DNA of 54,045 bases from positions 1 to 54,045 of the forward strand of contig CAJWMQ010000001.1 in NCBI GenBank assembly GCA_913042895.1, in the 5' to 3' direction. Of this stretch, positions 1 to 8,935 are shown one piece after another; the stretch's first letter is position 1; the number at the start of each line of letters is the position of its first letter. The translations under genes and the position numbers were made by a program. The notes below the pieces were generated by a model. The model was not told where the DNA came from. It saw nothing but the letters and a program-made list of their open reading frames with translations, and searched no databases. Source of the stretch: an uncultured Verrucomicrobiales bacterium. GTDB lineage: Bacteria > Verrucomicrobiota > Verrucomicrobiia > Limisphaerales > UBA1100.

Positions 1-101
1 ACGGCAACCCGATCGAGCATTACGGTGACCTGGACCTCACCATGCAACGCAATCGTCTGAAACAAACAGGAGCCATTGACCAATTCATGAGAGCTAGTTG
101 A
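1..101 (+). CDS. 3' end of an unidentified CDS that runs off the left edge
   Basis: Frame 3 is open from the window edge to TGA at 99-101 (..GNPIEHYGDLDLTMQRNRLKQTGAIDQFMRAS*). The other two forward frames hit stops by nt 28 and nt 60. No family recognised. Confidence 0.25.
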   Translation, partial: GNPIEHYGDLDLTMQRNRLKQTGAIDQFMRAS

Positions 102-292
102 ATCGCCTCGGTACTGGCTATAATCGATAAGCCATAACTGAACGGCCCCCAAATCCCTAAAGAGGCCGTAGTTGAATTAAAGAAGCCGCTACTGAATTGT
201 CTGATCAGCAGTCCTTAATCCAACTCGTAAACTCCTTGAGAGCCTTGGCGAAACTTCAAAAGGGTTGGGCGGCTGAGGGCGTTAAGAATGAA

Positions 293-1222
293 CTACCCAT
301 TCGGCCATTGAGGGGAAACTATCAAGCCTCTTAGTGTTTCCAGATAACCTGAGGTAGAGGGACAAACCTGAGCTACCAAAAGCGGGCTTTCTTTTGTGTT
401 AAAATGTAATCTGAGTAATTCTGTGAATTTTTTGCGAGGAAGAAGTCCATCACTTGAGAGTCTTAGCGATGGAGCTAACCAGTAGGGTTTCGTTAACACA
501 GTCCATAATGCGTCTTTAGTTTGTTCAGGAAGTCCCTCTTCACCATGGCGTATCCAGAATCCTTTAAGGTGTTTTGAATTGAGGCTCGAAAGGCAATTGC
601 TATTCGTCTCATAAGGTTTGCTGTAAAAGAGCCATCCCTTAAAAAACGCCTGTCGGCGGATTGAATCAATTCCATTCAGGGCACCCAGTTCGTGGTTTAG
701 ATTTTCCCGTGTGCTGCGGGGTAACTGAGTATTAAATAATCGTGCCTTTTTAAAGGAAAGGTTGTCGGCAGCATTAGGGCCTATATATTCTTGTTCGTCG
801 CAATCAGGCGTCAGTTGAATGAAATATTTAACAGCAGTTTCCCAGTGGATAAGTTGATTGTGATGACTAAAAAGAAAATCGATCTCTCCCAGAGTTCGTT
901 TTCCTTTATGTATCTGCAGGTTGCTCGCAATGACCTCAAATTCAGTCAGGTGCTCAAGCCAATACTGTACTAGTATTTCAAAATATCGACCGACACGCTG
1001 GCTTGGAAATCGCTCTAGATAAGAGAGGAGAGGCGTAGGGTTCTTTTCTAGTTCGCAAAGTTTGTCTAAGGCCCTATCAAATAATAATTCACAATCCTCT
1101 TCGGTGAAAACAGAGTGCTGAGGTGCGTCGTCTTTTAGCATTGATGGGCTACACATGACCCAGGCCAAATCGCGGACTCGCGGATGTTTAAATGCCTCTA
1201 ACATAGGAATTAATACTGCCAA
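293..1222 (-). CDS. DUF1853-family protein (PD-(D/E)xK nuclease-like fold)
   Basis: 309 aa ORF. N-terminal block VRDLAWVMCSPSML, then RVGRYFEILVQYWL, GEIDFLF and WETAVKYF (D...ExK-like). These match my recollection of the DUF1853 family. AT-rich codon usage compared with most of the window. Confidence 0.6.
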   Translation of the reverse strand: MAVLIPMLEAFKHPRVRDLAWVMCSPSMLKDDAPQHSVFTEEDCELLFDRALDKLCELEKNPTPLLSYLERFPSQRVGRYFEILVQYWLEHLTEFEVIASNLQIHKGKRTLGEIDFLFSHHNQLIHWETAVKYFIQLTPDCDEQEYIGPNAADNLSFKKARLFNTQLPRSTRENLNHELGALNGIDSIRRQAFFKGWLFYSKPYETNSNCLSSLNSKHLKGFWIRHGEEGLPEQTKDALWTVLTKPYWLAPSLRLSSDGLLPRKKFTELLRLHFNTKESPLLVAQVCPSTSGYLETLRGLIVSPQWPNG

Positions 1223-1325
1223 ACTTTAAAAACCCAAATAAACTAGGAAGTAACTAACCTTCCCCGTGAAACTTCCCGAGTGTGTTGGTCTTTTCAGTTG
1301 GGAATGTTTTGTTTACCCTAAACAG

Positions 1326-1700
1326 ATGTCAGGACCTAGTAATGTTTTGGGTGAGAAGTTGGAATTGTGCTGTTCTGATCCGATGACCGGCTTTTACCGA
1401 AATGGAATGTGTGCCACAGGCCCCGATGATCATGGCTTACACACGGTTTGCGTCAGGGTGACAGCTGTGTTTCTAGAATTTTCCAGATCGAGAGGGAATG
1501 ACCTTTCAACACCCGCCCCGCACTTTGATTTCCCGGGGTTGGTAGAGGGCGACAAATGGTGCCTATGCGTCACCCGCTGGAAAGAGGCATTGGATCACGG
1601 AGTGGCACCACAGGTTTACCTAAAAGCTACTCATATCAGTGCCCTTGAGTATGTGGATTTGGAGGATTTACAATCTCATGCCGCAGAAGATGAGTCTTAG
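1326..1700 (+). CDS. DUF2237-family protein
   Basis: Blocks PMTGFYRNGMCATGPDDHGLHTVCVRVTAVFLEFSRSRGNDLSTP and FPGLVEGDKWCLCVTRWKEA are characteristic of DUF2237. The ORF opens at 1266, but the internal ATG at 1326 (MSGPSN..) gives the usual family length. Confidence 0.8.
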   Translation: MSGPSNVLGEKLELCCSDPMTGFYRNGMCATGPDDHGLHTVCVRVTAVFLEFSRSRGNDLSTPAPHFDFPGLVEGDKWCLCVTRWKEALDHGVAPQVYLKATHISALEYVDLEDLQSHAAEDES

Positions 1701-2027
1701 AGCCAACACTGCCTCAATTTAGTTTCTTGAAAACGTCCATAATGAGGGTGCATTAGCCGCTTAAGATATAGGATTAACCAATTCTAGATGTACTGGTAAG
1801 GATAATTAATTTTTAACAGTGTAACTACAATTGTGAAGTAAGAATATGTAAGACAATTTTGTTGGATCATCTAACACACGCGAAATTTCGCACAACCAAG
1901 ATTTAGAGCGTGTACGGACTTATACAAATCTGTGAAGTTGACAAGTAGTAAACAAAACGTGAATCAGGATTATTTAAGGTGGGGCATCTCAGACTGCTGG
2001 AGGAAAAATTGATTGTACATTTAATGG

Positions 2028-2207
2028 TTAGTTCTGATGTTTGGGGCAATTAGTCGAAGGTTGATTTTTTTCTCGATACTCAATCCACATACAGGTCCAA
2101 AGCTTAAGCCATGCCTCAGAAGCATAGAGTTTCTGGGACTCGGCCCGAACTCTGCGCTTAAGTTGTTGATGTGACTCATTTGCCACCCTTTTTAACTGAA
2201 AAGTCAT
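2028..2207 (-). CDS. Hypothetical 59 aa ORF, just under the 60 aa track cutoff
   Basis: Hand translation of the minus strand gives MTFQLKRVANESHQQLKRRVRAESQKLYASEAWLKLWTCMWIEYREKNQPSTNCPKHQN*. It is the longest ORF in the 1.2 kb ORF-poor stretch. No family recognised and no obvious SD. Confidence 0.2.
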   Translation of the reverse strand: MTFQLKRVANESHQQLKRRVRAESQKLYASEAWLKLWTCMWIEYREKNQPSTNCPKHQN

Positions 2208-2274
2208 TTTCTAGTTTATCACATTCTTTCCTCAGTTACTAACGGGCGGTTCATCATTAGTGAATCATTGGTGC

Positions 2275-2310
2275 AAAAAGTCCCCCCGAAATGCACTTCG
2301 AGGGGACTTT
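2275..2310 (-). terminator. Rho-independent terminator, minus strand
   Basis: Near-perfect hairpin: 2280-2285 pairs with 2302-2307 (GTCCCC/GGGGAC) and 2287-2290 with 2297-2300 (CGAA/TTCG), with a 6 nt loop. On the minus strand a run of five U follows (plus-strand AAAAA at 2275-2279). Confidence 0.55.
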
Positions 2311-2462
2311 CCCCGTTAGCCTCATGACTTGCTAACAGTTGACTGCGTTAGCCTATCTAGGATCGCACATCCAATTCTAAACGCCAAAAACGTTATCTAT
2401 CATCGCTGGTTTTCGGTAAGATGGAATCACGTCCACCTAAATGTGATCGGTACAATTAACAA

Positions 2463-2555
2463 ATGAGCTTGCTTATGATTGTCTTAAAATCGTTTCGTTT
2501 TCCCAATTTTAAATTCCATGGTTATTTAGATAAACGGAGGGTTTTGCATATGTAA
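2463..2555 (+). CDS. Hypothetical 30 aa mini-ORF upstream of a plus-strand terminator
   Basis: MSLLMIVLKSFRFPNFKFHGYLDKRRVLHM*. Hydrophobic N-terminus and basic C-terminus. It ends 40 nt before the terminator at 2596-2626. Coding status is unproven. Confidence 0.12.
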   Translation: MSLLMIVLKSFRFPNFKFHGYLDKRRVLHM

Positions 2556-2595
2556 AAAACTTATTATTGGTCTCATAAATCATAAGGCGATAGAG

Positions 2596-2626
2596 GAGCC
2601 TCCACGGTAAAGGGGAGGCTTTTTTG
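2596..2626 (+). terminator. Rho-independent terminator, plus strand
   Basis: Stem AGCCTCC (2597-2603) pairs with GGAGGCT (2614-2620), 10 nt loop, followed by TTTTT at 2621-2625. Confidence 0.55.
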
Positions 2627-2890
2627 ACGCTCCGTCATTAATGGGTGGCTAAAATCTATTGGACAGTGGTTGCCCCCGCCTAAATTCATGTTTCCCCAAA
2701 GGGGATACTACCGTTAAGGTTTAGCTCCGGGGCCCCCTCAGGGGTCATTTAGAATTATTGATTTCAATTCGTTTGGAATTATTGAAATGGGTCGTACCTG
2801 ATAATAACTACAATGACTCTCTTTGCTCTCCCCAATCGCCTTTTGAGTTAGTTGTTGATGTAATGAATTCGCCTTGATCTCTTAGTTAAT

Positions 2891-3388
2891 ATGGTTTTGG
2901 AGATTGAACATCGCGTTCAGCGTAAACTGGAGGCCTTGTGCAGGGTGGTGCAGGAAAGGTATGGAATGATCATGTGGCCGGAGATGGCTTGGGATTTGCG
3001 CGGGCAGGCGGCGGGGCAAGCAAATGCGCGGCGGAACTTGATTCGTTTCAATCGGGAATTGGCCGAGCGTTATCCAGATGAGTTTGTGGCGCAAACGGTT
3101 CCGCATGAGCTGGCACACTTGGTGGCGTTTAAAAAATTTGGCGGAAATATCCGGCCGCACGGCCGCGAGTGGCGGGCGGTGATGATAGCCCTGGGTGCGG
3201 AGCCGCGTCGGACCCATCGCTACGAAGTAACGCCAGTCCGGAAGTTGAGGCTTTATGCCTATCAATGTCATTGCCCGGATTCGGAGTATCAGCTCACCGC
3301 CATTCGGCACAACCGCATTCAGCGGGGGCACATGTATGTTTGCAAACGCTGCCTCCAACCGTTGGAGCCGAAGACGGCGGCTTATTGA
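2891..3388 (+). CDS. sprT: SprT-family zinc metalloprotease
   Basis: 165 aa. HELAH zinc motif, GREWRAVM block and a C-terminal Cys cluster (CHC...CKRC). Colinear with E. coli SprT, which is also 165 aa. Confidence 0.9.
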   Translation: MVLEIEHRVQRKLEALCRVVQERYGMIMWPEMAWDLRGQAAGQANARRNLIRFNRELAERYPDEFVAQTVPHELAHLVAFKKFGGNIRPHGREWRAVMIALGAEPRRTHRYEVTPVRKLRLYAYQCHCPDSEYQLTAIRHNRIQRGHMYVCKRCLQPLEPKTAAY

Positions 3389-6312
3389 TCCTTGGATCCG
3401 CGGCGGTCTTGGGCGCGTTTCCGGGCGGCGGAGAGGGCATCGAAGGTGTTGCCGGTGTCGGAGAGATTCGGCGGGATCACTGGCGGCTGAGTATTGTCTT
3501 CCTCCAGCATGGGGGGGGCGACCACGGGTGGGGTGTTGGATTCCCGGTCGGCTCGGCGGCGTTTGCGTTTGGGGGCTCGAAAAGTTTTAGGTTCGTCGGT
3601 AGTAGTCGCGGGAGTCTCGGATTGGGTGACGGCAGCACGTGGGCGCAGGGTAGATTGGCCGTCTACAGTTTCTTCTGAAGAAGTCGCGCCGCGGCGGCGA
3701 AATTCAAAAAAGCCCGTACGGCGTTGGAATACTTCGAGCAGGAACAGGATCAAGCCGGCCAGCACCAGCCACAGGGAAAGCGGCACGTAACGAGGCTGCC
3801 GAGGTATGGCGGTCCACATATCTGCCAGATTCAATCGTTCGCGGCCGCCGGTGGTTTTGCTGAGGGCCGCGAGTGCTTTGCGTCCGCGGTCGGGTTGGTC
3901 CGGTGCAAACTCCGGCGAATACGGCAGGCACACCGGCGGCAGGCTTTGGCTGAGCGGCACGCCGGTTTGTGAGGTGAGGCTGGCCACGGCCCGCACGGTT
4001 TCCTCGCCTTCCAGAGGAATGGCGGCTTCAAGCAGGTCTGCGGTTTTCCAATTAAGCGTGCGGATCTCTTTGCGGAGAGGTCGGCCGGAGGTTTCGCGCA
4101 GGAGTTTGAGGCGTGGGGCCTGGGTAAACACTTCGCCCTGTCGAGTAGGATCAAGATGAAGTTGTACATGGCAAATGCCTTCGCGGATATCCTGAGTGAG
4201 CAGCATACGATCGGGCAACTGGCTTTGCTGACCGGCAGCCCAGCCGGAGAGCGTGGCGTAGAAATCTCCGGCTTGCGGCCATTGTGCTAAGTCTCCGGCA
4301 TAAGTGCCATCGGCTTCACCCGTAAAACAGGCCACCCGCCCGTTGCCTGCCTGCCAAAAGGCCACGATCGGCGCGCGGTATTCATCGCGAGTGAGCAGGC
4401 CCAGACTGGCGGCATCGCGCAAGTAGGTGAGATTGTAGCCGCCGACTGGTGGCGGTTGCCACGAGGCGGGGGCGCCCAAGGTGCTAAGCGCACCGGCCAG
4501 TTCGAGGGCGGCGGGTTCCTTGATGAAGGTGTTGCGCGCCACAGCAAAGGTGTCCTGCGCGAAGATGCGGGGAATCTCCCTGGGACGATCAGTGAAATAG
4601 ATGTTGCCTTCGCCGCGTTTAGCGATGTCCTCCAACAGTTTAGCATCCACATCGCTTGACTTGCCGAGGCCGATAACGCTGATGGAGATGCCGGCTTTTC
4701 TCATGGTGGCGATGAGGCGTTTGTAATCGCCGGGTTCCTCGGAATCCTGGGCATCAGAAAACAGGATGATATGTCGGTTGGCCGCCGAGGCTTTCATCAA
4801 CATTTGCGAGGCAGCCTTGAGAGCTTTGTACACGTAGATGCCACCGCCCATGGATTCGATCTTGAGAATTTTATTTCGGAAGAGGGCGTTTTGCTGGCGC
4901 TCGGCCGAGGCGAGATCCAGTACTGTATGCGGGGCGCTATCCACGGCGATCACACCGAATTCATCGGTGGCGGATAATAAATCGAGCACCTGCACGGTGC
5001 CGATGTTGGCGAGGTCCATTTTCGTTTTACCACCGGCCACCGGCATGCTCATGGAACCGGAACGATCGAGCACCACCACAATGGCCGTCTGCAGCTTGCG
5101 GATTTCATTACGGCGCTCCATGGAAACGGGCAGGAGTTTTTCTAGGGGCGAGCCGTAGTAGCCGCCCGGGGCATAGGATTTTTCGCCGCCGGTCACCATG
5201 AGCCCCGCGCCGGTGTCTTCCACCCAGGCGGCCAGAGTTTCCATACCGTCCTGACCGATATCGCCGGCCATCACATTTTCTAACACCACCGCGGACCACC
5301 GAGATAAATCGGCCAATGTCCATGGGCACTGATGCGGCTTGCGCGCGACGAGCGTCATGCCGCCTTTCACCATCAATTGCGCCAGCCCGGATTCCGCTCC
5401 GAAGTGGGATACTAATAAAAGGGGTTTGCGCCCGCGGACTTCTACCAGTGCGCGGGCGGTATTGTTTTCCGGGAACGCATCGCCCAGAGCAGTGAGGGTG
5501 GCAGTGGCGTTGGTATCAGCGTCAGGCGGGCGCAGGGTGAGACGGTAGGCGGCGTTGCCGGACAGTTTGGCGCGATCACGAAAGAGCAGGCGCGAAAGGC
5601 CGCGCGGCACGGCGCGTTCACCGCTGGATAATTCCTCGCCGTGTTTAGTTAGAGTGTAGCCGATCACTTGTTCGCGTGGCGAATGAATCCAGCCGCTGAT
5701 CATAAAGGCCTGACCGGGCAATACCTGAGCGGGCACCTGCAGATCACGCACGGCAAGATCCTCAGCCCGTGGTCGACTGAGCCAGCGATAATCAATACCA
5801 ATACCGCGGCCGGCGGCGCGCGCGGTCACGGCGTTGGGATCGCGGCCGGTCCAATGGCCATCGGATACCACCAGAATGCGGCCGGGATGCTCTGGCGGGA
5901 TGAGGGACAAGGCGGCCTCCAAGCCATCGGTCAGTCGGGAATGTTGCTGGTCGGCGGGGGATTGGAGGGTTTCTGTGGCTTGATCGCTCGGTTCCTGTTC
6001 GATAATGGTGCGGTCGCCAAAGCTGACCACGGCCAATCGGTCTTCGGAGCCCATTTCGCCATGGAGCGATTTCAGGACTTCCAACTGATCATCGGCGGCC
6101 TTGGGGGGCATGGATTCGCTGCGGTCGATCAACACCACCACCGTACCCTGTTGATCCTTCAACCTCATGGCCGGCTGGGCCATGGCCAGGACCAAGAGGA
6201 GAATGATGATAAACCGCACGAGGTTAAGGTCCCGCGTGGGCAGTCGCCACAGGTACATTGCTGCGGCCAGAGGCAGTAGGAGTAACAGCCAGATTGGTGA
6301 AAAGAAAATCAT
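3382..6312 (-). CDS. Large membrane-anchored BatA_N / double vWA-domain protein
   Basis: N-terminal IWLLLLLPLAAAMYLWR segment typical of the aerotolerance-regulator N-terminal (BatA_N) domain. Two MIDAS-type DxSxS motifs (VVVLIDRSESM and VVVLDRSGSMS). C-terminal TM segment followed by a basic, Pro-rich tail. Start taken at MIFFSP (6312), which forms an ATGA overlap with the upstream stop. Confidence 0.85.
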   Translation of the reverse strand: MIFFSPIWLLLLLPLAAAMYLWRLPTRDLNLVRFIIILLLVLAMAQPAMRLKDQQGTVVVLIDRSESMPPKAADDQLEVLKSLHGEMGSEDRLAVVSFGDRTIIEQEPSDQATETLQSPADQQHSRLTDGLEAALSLIPPEHPGRILVVSDGHWTGRDPNAVTARAAGRGIGIDYRWLSRPRAEDLAVRDLQVPAQVLPGQAFMISGWIHSPREQVIGYTLTKHGEELSSGERAVPRGLSRLLFRDRAKLSGNAAYRLTLRPPDADTNATATLTALGDAFPENNTARALVEVRGRKPLLLVSHFGAESGLAQLMVKGGMTLVARKPHQCPWTLADLSRWSAVVLENVMAGDIGQDGMETLAAWVEDTGAGLMVTGGEKSYAPGGYYGSPLEKLLPVSMERRNEIRKLQTAIVVVLDRSGSMSMPVAGGKTKMDLANIGTVQVLDLLSATDEFGVIAVDSAPHTVLDLASAERQQNALFRNKILKIESMGGGIYVYKALKAASQMLMKASAANRHIILFSDAQDSEEPGDYKRLIATMRKAGISISVIGLGKSSDVDAKLLEDIAKRGEGNIYFTDRPREIPRIFAQDTFAVARNTFIKEPAALELAGALSTLGAPASWQPPPVGGYNLTYLRDAASLGLLTRDEYRAPIVAFWQAGNGRVACFTGEADGTYAGDLAQWPQAGDFYATLSGWAAGQQSQLPDRMLLTQDIREGICHVQLHLDPTRQGEVFTQAPRLKLLRETSGRPLRKEIRTLNWKTADLLEAAIPLEGEETVRAVASLTSQTGVPLSQSLPPVCLPYSPEFAPDQPDRGRKALAALSKTTGGRERLNLADMWTAIPRQPRYVPLSLWLVLAGLILFLLEVFQRRTGFFEFRRRGATSSEETVDGQSTLRPRAAVTQSETPATTTDEPKTFRAPKRKRRRADRESNTPPVVAPPMLEEDNTQPPVIPPNLSDTGNTFDALSAARKRAQDRRGSKDQ

Positions 6313-8075
6313 ACGCGCCCTCCCTGGCGGGCAATGCAAGCTAAGTGCCAAACCATGATCGCCAGCGCGAGCAGCACGAGGTAGGGCAGGATACTGGCGT
6401 ACTCGAGGCGGATTTCATTTTCCGTGCCCCATTTTCCCCAGTCGCCGGAAACGGCCTGGGCGAGATTGGATTCCTCGCCGGCAAGGAAATTAACGGCAAA
6501 TGTTTCGCTCATCCGATTGGTGCTCGAGCCGGAGTGCACCTCGTACACGCCGGGCAGGTTTACGGGCAGGCGGATTTCGGTACCAGGAGCCTGGAGTGTT
6601 TGTTGTGTACCATCCGGTTTCTGAAGGACCACCTCGTCATGGGCGGGGCGGTAGGCGATGTCGAGGCCCAACCGATGATTGGCCTCGCGCAAACCGGGTT
6701 TGGCTTGGGCCCGCCAATCGAGCAGATTCCAGAACAAAGCCGGCCAATGTTGCGTGGTGTGGAGCGTGGAATGGTTGGGCACATAACGCAGCGTGAGTTG
6801 CTGCCGGCCATTGAGTTCCGGCCGATGCGTGACCAGGGGCACATTCCCCGCGGTAATAACGGGGCGATAACCGGGCGCGTTGGTGGCGCCGGAATGTCCG
6901 CCCCACACAATGCCCGGCAGGGAAAGCCCGCGCGTGAGTGGGTGATTGGCATCCATCACAAACGGGCCGGTGAAACGTTCAGGCTCTTCCGGCGCGGGGA
7001 GCCAGCGCAGCCCCCAGGCTTCCTTGCCGGTGGGCACGGAGTCGGACTGATGCACTACCAGCTCCGGTGGATTTTCATCGAGAGCGCGCAAGCCGGTGGC
7101 GGCCAGACTGTCGGCCACCAATCCGCGCAGTTCCTCATCTTCAATTGCAATCCGCACCCGCACGAGCGGCCGAGCGGCGGGCACAAGGTGCACTTCATTA
7201 TCGCCGGCAAGGGCATCGGGCCCGAGCGTGGCCTGTAATTTGGGTGTATGCGCGGCAATTGGAAACGTCAGACGATGTGTCTTGTTCGTGGCCAACGTGA
7301 GCGTTTCCCGGTGCAACACATTGGTGCCGGCAACTACATGTAGGGTGTTGGTGCCGGTGAGGGCGGAAGGATTGGCGATCTCCAGCAAAACGCGGTCTTC
7401 GGCTCCGTGCACAGACCGGGCGGCATTGATGAAGGCAAAATTAATGCGGGGCTGGCCGAGGGCGATCCAGCGTAAATGCCCTTGGCCGGGCGAGCGAGCG
7501 GGGGCTTCATCGGTGAGTACCAGCAGATCAGCCTCCTGATGCCCCATGGCGCGGGCCAGTCCGAGGGCGGCATTAAGGCGGGCTTGGGGGGCCTGGCAGG
7601 TCCATTGCTCAAACTGATCCTCTAGCTCGCGCAAGTGCCGTGCTTTATCGCCTAGCAGACGCGGCGTAGTGCCGGCGGCAATCAATTGAAACGAACGAAA
7701 GCGGCGTTCCTTGGTGAGTTCCTTGAGCTTCTCAATCGCTCGATCACGTGGACGTTCGCCTTCCGGGCCAGCGAGCATGGATTGGGAATCATCCAGCACC
7801 ACGATTAACGGCCGCGTCGTGTGGGGCACCTGCCAGCGCGGTCCGGTGGCGGCCAGCACGAGCAGGGCGAGAATCAGTAACTCGAGAAAGAACACCATGG
7901 GCCACTGGGGTTTCTCCACGCGCCGGCCGCCTTCGCGCGATTCCCGGTGCAATTGCCAGAGCAGCAGGCTGGAAACCTGGTGGCGCCGGAAGCGGTGGCG
8001 TAGAAAATAGATGGCCGCCAACGCCGGCAATGTGACGGCCGCGATCCATGCCAGGGGATAGGTGAAGGCGGGCAT
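6309..8075 (-). CDS. BatA_N-domain / vWA-like membrane protein
   Basis: MPAFTYPLAWIAAVTLPALAAIYFLRHR BatA_N-like N-terminus, a second TM segment, then LIVVLDDSQSM (a DxSxS MIDAS motif). Start at 8075 overlaps the DUF58 stop by 1 nt (TGATG). Confidence 0.8.
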   Translation of the reverse strand: MPAFTYPLAWIAAVTLPALAAIYFLRHRFRRHQVSSLLLWQLHRESREGGRRVEKPQWPMVFFLELLILALLVLAATGPRWQVPHTTRPLIVVLDDSQSMLAGPEGERPRDRAIEKLKELTKERRFRSFQLIAAGTTPRLLGDKARHLRELEDQFEQWTCQAPQARLNAALGLARAMGHQEADLLVLTDEAPARSPGQGHLRWIALGQPRINFAFINAARSVHGAEDRVLLEIANPSALTGTNTLHVVAGTNVLHRETLTLATNKTHRLTFPIAAHTPKLQATLGPDALAGDNEVHLVPAARPLVRVRIAIEDEELRGLVADSLAATGLRALDENPPELVVHQSDSVPTGKEAWGLRWLPAPEEPERFTGPFVMDANHPLTRGLSLPGIVWGGHSGATNAPGYRPVITAGNVPLVTHRPELNGRQQLTLRYVPNHSTLHTTQHWPALFWNLLDWRAQAKPGLREANHRLGLDIAYRPAHDEVVLQKPDGTQQTLQAPGTEIRLPVNLPGVYEVHSGSSTNRMSETFAVNFLAGEESNLAQAVSGDWGKWGTENEIRLEYASILPYLVLLALAIMVWHLACIARQGGRV

Positions 8076-8935
8076 CAGGCGGGTTCCAGAGTGCGGCATT
8101 CCTCAAGGCTGCGCAGAGAGCCTTGGAGGTTGTCGGCAATGAGGGTGACGAGTTCGGCACCGGTTTGTTGGGCGGCGTGGTCCCAGCTTTGTTGCAGACG
8201 TTGAAGTGTCTTGCGGTATTGCTCCTGAATGGTGGTGTCGATGTACAGGGACAAGGTCTCGCCTGTTTCGCTGTCTTCCAACTGCACATTGCCGGGTTTG
8301 GGCGGTTCGAGGTCGGATGGCGCGAGCAATTGCACGAGGGTCACGGCGGCGGCGCCTTCGGTGAGCTTGCGCAGGGTGGGCAAGGGGTCGCCGGGCCAAA
8401 AGAGATCGCTAATGACAATTCGGATTCCCTGCCGCCGCAGACGCGGGGGAAGCAAGCCATGCGCCTCCTCAAAGGAACGCGCGCCGCCTAGGGACAGTTC
8501 GCCCCAGGCACTGGGCGGTTGGGTATCATTGGCCACTCGCTGGAATCCTTCGCCGGTGACCCACACGGCGTGCGAGCAGCGGGCGTTGGCCGCGGCGGTG
8601 GCAAACAGGGCGGCCAACTGATGCAGCGCCTGAGCCTTGGGGGAATCGGCCAGCGCCATGGAAGCGGAGGTGTCGAGAACGAGATCGAGATGCGGCTGTA
8701 CTTCCTCGCGGAAGAGTTTGACGGTGAGTTGATCGGTGCGCGCGTAGGCGTTCCAGTCGATATGGCGCAGGTCGTCGCCCGGCTGGTAGTCGCGATAATC
8801 CTGAAAATCCACGGAGCTGCCAGCGCGTCGGCCGAGGTGCTCGCCGCGTTGGCCGGCGAGGGTGGCTTGAGGCAGGGCCAGCGCATACCGCAGGCCCATT
8901 TGCTCACCCGCGATTAAGGACTGGCGGTAATTCAT
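8075..8935 (-). CDS. DUF58 domain protein (MoxR-associated)
   Basis: Signature block GSSVDFQDYRDYQPGDDLRHIDWNAYARTDQLTVKLF. An alternative start at 8899 (MGLRY) would remove the 32 nt overlap with the upstream permease gene. Confidence 0.9.
   Translation of the reverse strand: MNYRQSLIAGEQMGLRYALALPQATLAGQRGEHLGRRAGSSVDFQDYRDYQPGDDLRHIDWNAYARTDQLTVKLFREEVQPHLDLVLDTSASMALADSPKAQALHQLAALFATAAANARCSHAVWVTGEGFQRVANDTQPPSAWGELSLGGARSFEEAHGLLPPRLRRQGIRIVISDLFWPGDPLPTLRKLTEGAAAVTLVQLLAPSDLEPPKPGNVQLEDSETGETLSLYIDTTIQEQYRKTLQRLQQSWDHAAQQTGAELVTLIADNLQGSLRSLEECRTLEPA

Noticed and set aside
130-196. Three imperfect 13-14 nt direct repeats (GCCATAACTGAAC, GCCGTAGTTGAAT, GCCGCTACTGAAT) between two convergent gene ends.
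   Set aside because: Too degenerate and irregularly spaced (33 and 20 nt) to call iterons or att sites without comparative data.
2688-2745. Small hairpins CCCC-AAA-GGGG and CCCC-TCA-GGGG with the GGGGCCCC palindrome, considered as a tRNA, tmRNA or SRP-like RNA fragment.
   Set aside because: No T-loop (GTTCGAATC-like), acceptor/CCA context or SRP/tmRNA conserved blocks could be recognised, and the stems are only 4 bp.
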